Below are positions 20,350 through 24,000 of a stretch of 24,000 nt of DNA, piece after piece. The notes beneath the pieces were generated by a model that was not told the DNA's origin, searched no databases, and saw only the letters and a program-made list of their open reading frames with translations. Within the stretch, counting starts at the first letter, position 1. Every line of letters starts with the position of its first letter. Origin of the DNA: Gilliamella sp. B3022 (lineage in GTDB: Bacteria; Pseudomonadota; Gammaproteobacteria; Enterobacterales; Orbaceae); NCBI RefSeq assembly GCF_028751545.1, contig NZ_CP071867.1:755306-779305 (forward strand). Reading direction: 5' to 3'. The position numbers and the translations under genes were made by a program.

Positions 20350-21390
20350 ATGGCTATAAAACATATTACTCGAGGTAAATTCACACGCATGCAACAATTA
20401 TCTAACCAAGATGGTGTGATTGCAGCATTAGCGATTGACCAACGCGGTTCAATGGTAAAAATGATGGAATCGGCAGTAGGTAAAGATCACTATCATATAG
20501 ATATGGTGTATGAGTTCAAAGAGCTTGTCTCACAAGAATTAACCAAATATGTTAGTGCTATCTTGTTAGATGAAGAGTATGGCTTTAAAGGTATGGCTAA
20601 AAAAAATAAAGATGCTGGATTAATCATCTCCTACGAAAAAACAGGTTATGATGCTAATACTCCAGGTCGTCTACCCGATGTTTTGCCAGAAGACTCTCTA
20701 CAACGGTTATTGAAAAAAGGAGCCGATGCCGCAAAAGTTTTGGTTTATTATAATCCCGATGATCCTCAAGATATTCTAGAAAAAAAACATGCTTTTTTAG
20801 AACGTATCGGTACTGAAGCAAGAGCGGCGGATATCCCGTTATTTGTAGAACCAATCGTCTATGATAATGTGATAACTGATGATAAAAGCCCTGAATTTGC
20901 CAAAATAAAACCTCAAAAAGTCATTAATACCATTAAAGAGTTTACTAAAAATCAATATTATATTGATGTACTAAAAGTTGAAGTCCCAGTACTTTTCAAA
21001 AATGTTGAAGGATTTAATGATAATAATGCTGTTGTTTACACCCAAAAACAAGCTGCTGATTATTTTAAACAGGCCAGTGACGTAGCAACTCGCCCATTTA
21101 TTTATTTGAGTGCAGGTGTACCCACTAAAACTTTCCATCAAGAATTAATTTTTGCTGGCGAAAACGGCGCTAAATACAGTGGTATTTTAGGTGGTCGCGC
21201 AACATGGTTTGAAGGCGTTGCAGCTTATGCCAAAGAAGGAAAAGACGGTCTTAAACGCTGGTTAGATCAAACAGGACGTGAAAATGTTGAACACCTCAAT
21301 AAAATTTTAAAACAGTATGCGACACCTTGGTATGATATTTATGGTGGTAAACAAAACATAGAAGTGATCGATATTAAATTAGGTAATTAA
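20350..21390 (+). CDS. lacD: Tagatose 1,6-bisphosphate aldolase, LacD-type
   Basis: ORF 20335..21390, ATG at 20350 preceded by GGAG. IAALAIDQRGSMVKMM, AILLDEEYG, GYDANTPGRLPD, IDVLKVEVPV and YLSAGV are consistent with LacD-family class I aldolases. Confidence 0.85.
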   Translation: MAIKHITRGKFTRMQQLSNQDGVIAALAIDQRGSMVKMMESAVGKDHYHIDMVYEFKELVSQELTKYVSAILLDEEYGFKGMAKKNKDAGLIISYEKTGYDANTPGRLPDVLPEDSLQRLLKKGADAAKVLVYYNPDDPQDILEKKHAFLERIGTEARAADIPLFVEPIVYDNVITDDKSPEFAKIKPQKVINTIKEFTKNQYYIDVLKVEVPVLFKNVEGFNDNNAVVYTQKQAADYFKQASDVATRPFIYLSAGVPTKTFHQELIFAGENGAKYSGILGGRATWFEGVAAYAKEGKDGLKRWLDQTGRENVEHLNKILKQYATPWYDIYGGKQNIEVIDIKLGN

Positions 21391-21436
21391 TCATAAATTC
21401 GAACCAAATAGCTGTAAATTACGAGTAAGCAAAGAT

Positions 21437-21477
21437 AGAGTACAGGATGTTATCCTATTTACCTGTACTCTCTTTTA
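21437..21477 (+). terminator. Terminator downstream of lacD
   Basis: Perfect 10-bp stem AGAGTACAGG/CCTGTACTCT followed by CTTTTAAAG. The loop includes an alternative GGAT/ATCC mini-stem. Confidence 0.7.
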
Positions 21478-21545
21478 AAGTGCTAAAAATGTTATTACCA
21501 AGATGTGCTGTCAATAAAAAATAAATTAGAACGTCCTAAATGATA

Positions 21546-22196
21546 TTAGAGCGCTTTATCAAAAAATAAATTTACTTTAGTTAATTTAGCCATCGACTCA
21601 ATATAACTTTGCACTTTAGGTGGAAAAGACAATCCTTTTACACATGTTAAGTTGCGTAGCACAGGAAACAAACATATATCATCTAAAGATAATTGCCCAT
21701 TACACGCTTGTGACGAGATAATTAACGGTTCAAGATCATTCAATAATTTAGATATTTTAGATACCAATGAATCCGTCTGTGCTAAACATTCATCAAACGA
21801 ACCTATTTTTTTAGTTTTACTTGTGACAAAGTAGTTGATTGCACTTTGAGTAGTAAATTCTGCCAAACCAAGTTTTATATAGCGTGGGCACTCTAATTTA
21901 TAATCATATTGTTGTAGTTGTTTAATTAAATTTTCAATATTTGCAGATGTTGGTCCGATTAAAATAGGTTTGCTCCCATAATGATTATCCACATAATGAA
22001 CAATATCTAAACTTTCAGGCAAATAACTGCCATCATCTTTTTGTAAAATTGGGGCCATTTTTTGACCTATCATGCTTTCGGGAGACTTAAAATCATCACT
22101 TAGAAATACATGTAGCTCAACTGGGATATTTTTTAAACCAAAGATCATTCTAGCCCTTACACAAAAAGGACAATGTTCGTAAATATATAATTTCAT
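21546..22196 (-). CDS. grxB: Glutaredoxin 2 (GrxB)
   Basis: MKLYIYEHCPFCVRARMIFGLKNIPVELHVFLSDD resembles E. coli Grx2. True start at 22196 rather than 22217. Confidence 0.93.
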   Translation of the reverse strand: MKLYIYEHCPFCVRARMIFGLKNIPVELHVFLSDDFKSPESMIGQKMAPILQKDDGSYLPESLDIVHYVDNHYGSKPILIGPTSANIENLIKQLQQYDYKLECPRYIKLGLAEFTTQSAINYFVTSKTKKIGSFDECLAQTDSLVSKISKLLNDLEPLIISSQACNGQLSLDDICLFPVLRNLTCVKGLSFPPKVQSYIESMAKLTKVNLFFDKAL

Positions 22197-22198
22197 TT

Positions 22199-22822
22199 TT
22201 ACCTCCTTCTTAACCAATCAATAGCCCATAATAAATATGCGAGCCCGAGGAATACCAGTATAACAATGCTTGCATTAATCAATGCTTGCCAATAACCGAT
22301 TTTTGTTACATTGATAAAAGGATACGGATAGAAATGAGTAAAATACCCTCGTACAAAAGTATAAACACCATAAATTAACATGCTAATTAAAGATCCCATA
22401 ATGACGCGAAAATTAATCCGCTGAAATGGTCCCCAAATCAACCAACTTAAAATACCAAATGTGGGAATAACGACATGTAAACTTTCATTAGCTAATCGCA
22501 TATATATATTGGGCGGGATATGAATGCCACGCAAAAGCGAGTTATACACAATAGCAGTAATGATTACCCCCACCAACCCATTTAATCGAATAACTCGAAA
22601 AATAAAACGATTACAATTCGGGCTAAAAGCTAACCATAAACAACTTATTGCCAACATAAGGTTAGATAATACAGTAAAAAAACTGTAATAAAACACCATA
22701 CGCCCTATTGGTGTTGCTGGTTGCCAGCTTCGAAGTTGTGCATGCCAATAAGTATAAGTTTCAAAACCGACAACAAACAGCACATATAATGCAATAAAAA
22801 AATGAAAATTTCGTTTCAACAT
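22199..22822 (-). CDS. Pr6Pr family membrane protein
   Basis: ORF 22199..22939. The in-frame Met at 22822 (MLKRNFHFFIALYVLFVVGFETY) is a likelier start; six hydrophobic stretches and the YPFINV motif. Confidence 0.68.
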   Translation of the reverse strand: MLKRNFHFFIALYVLFVVGFETYTYWHAQLRSWQPATPIGRMVFYYSFFTVLSNLMLAISCLWLAFSPNCNRFIFRVIRLNGLVGVIITAIVYNSLLRGIHIPPNIYMRLANESLHVVIPTFGILSWLIWGPFQRINFRVIMGSLISMLIYGVYTFVRGYFTHFYPYPFINVTKIGYWQALINASIVILVFLGLAYLLWAIDWLRRR

Positions 22823-23065
22823 AACAAACATAAAAAAATCAAACCGTATTGCAGTATATATCAGTTCATATAAAAAAACGAAAATATAAAAATAGATTAA
22901 TGTGTGACTTTTAATCAAAACTCTGAACAAAATACTCATAAAGAAAGCATAAAGAAGGCATAAAATCTAAGTATTTTTCACTATTGCAATTTACGCTTCT
23001 AATTTAAAATTACCACGATTTTAGAATAAAACGGTATACACTCCTGAATATTTTTTACAACTTAA

Positions 23066-24000
23066 ATGATCATTTTTGTCATTATTTTGGGTTTTATTAT
23101 CGGTATTGGTCTTATATATTTAAGCAATGATGATTCAAAAAAACAAAACCATGAACTTAATCAACCGGAAAATTTAATTATAGACCTTACAATTTACCCT
23201 TCAACCATTCCTGAAAATCAATTATTACATATAAAAGAAGCTAAAAAGTTGTATGAATCAGCTTTTGACGATCAAGTATTCCATGCGGTAGTTAGCCCGG
23301 ACAACTTAATCAAATTTTTAAAACATGCCTGGCAATAAGATAAAAATGCCATGCCATATTATTACTCTCTTCTTACTTGGCATAAATTCTTTGATGAAGA
23401 TTACGAAGAAAAAGGGATGATCTCATTTACAGAATTTATGCATAAGTATCGGGATCAGTTAGTGGATAATCCAGGTAAACCGTTAGTCGAACCTTACGTA
23501 TTTAAAAGTGAGCAAATGCGGGGGTACTTATGGGATAAGTTTGCCGATTTAAAATATCCGTATTTTGCAATTAGAAAAGGTTGGAGTAAGGGGGCTTGTA
23601 GGTATGATGAACAAGGCATGGCGAGACCCTGTACAGATGAGCAATTAGAAAAAAGTATTGAGTATTTTAATTACGCCATTGACGGTGGCTATCATTGCTA
23701 CGAAGGTTTGATAGCCCGTATGTTATTTCAACAAGGGCGTTAATATAAAGATCAGAAATATGAGCAACTGAATAAATTAACCGAATACCGCAAAGTATTA
23801 AAATCAGACAATTTAAAACAGGCGATAGATTATGCATAGCTAATAGCAGAGCATAGCTCGATTATAGGCATATTGCGCATGACTGAAGCCTATTTATATG
23901 GTTTAGGACGGGAGCAAGATCCGGTTAAAGCCAATGCCTGGTCACTATTAAGTGATTATGCAAAAAAAATTATCGAGATAGGCAGGAATTTAGCGTGGGA
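23066..24000 (+). pseudogene. Disrupted gene: single reading frame with three in-frame stops, C-terminal part Sel1/TPR-like, continues past the window edge
   Basis: Track ORFs 23066..23338 and 23351..23743 are in the same frame. Translation continues to 24000 with stops at 23336 (TAA), 23741 (TAA) and 23837 (TAG). The last segment reads MTEAYLYGLGREQDPVKANAWSLLSDYAKKI, which looks like a Sel1 repeat. Confidence 0.6.

Noticed and set aside
21652-21834. 60-aa plus-strand ORF
   Set aside because: Antisense to grxB.

Overview
This 24 kb AT-rich gammaproteobacterial window is dominated by chromosomal metabolic genes. The gene set (QueA, Tgt, AlaA, RimL, AdhP, Grx2, LoiP) would fit an Orbaceae or Gilliamella-like genome, but that is inference. 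In order it contains: (1) a minus-strand galactitol-type PTS operon (IIA, IIB, IIC) followed by a truncated BglG/PRD regulator; (2) an ACT-domain protein plus a PFL/DUF711 (UPF0210) protein; (3) alaA; (4) two divergent LoiP-like M48 lipoprotein peptidases on either side of queA, then tgt and tRNA-Pro(TGG); (5) a LacI-type regulator facing an ascorbate-type (UlaABC-like) PTS operon, with a perfect 14-bp palindrome between them; (6) rimL, an APC permease, adhP and an MFS transporter; (7) a LacD-type tagatose-bisphosphate aldolase, grxB and a Pr6Pr-family membrane protein; (8) a right-edge reading frame that continues in one frame through three stop codons and ends in Sel1-like sequence. I found no CRISPR array, phage module, transposase or convincing novel defence system. 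The best follow-up targets are the multi-stop locus at the right edge, the loiP-queA-loiP2 arrangement that breaks up the queA-tgt cluster, and the orphan LacI/Ula-type PTS with its candidate operator.
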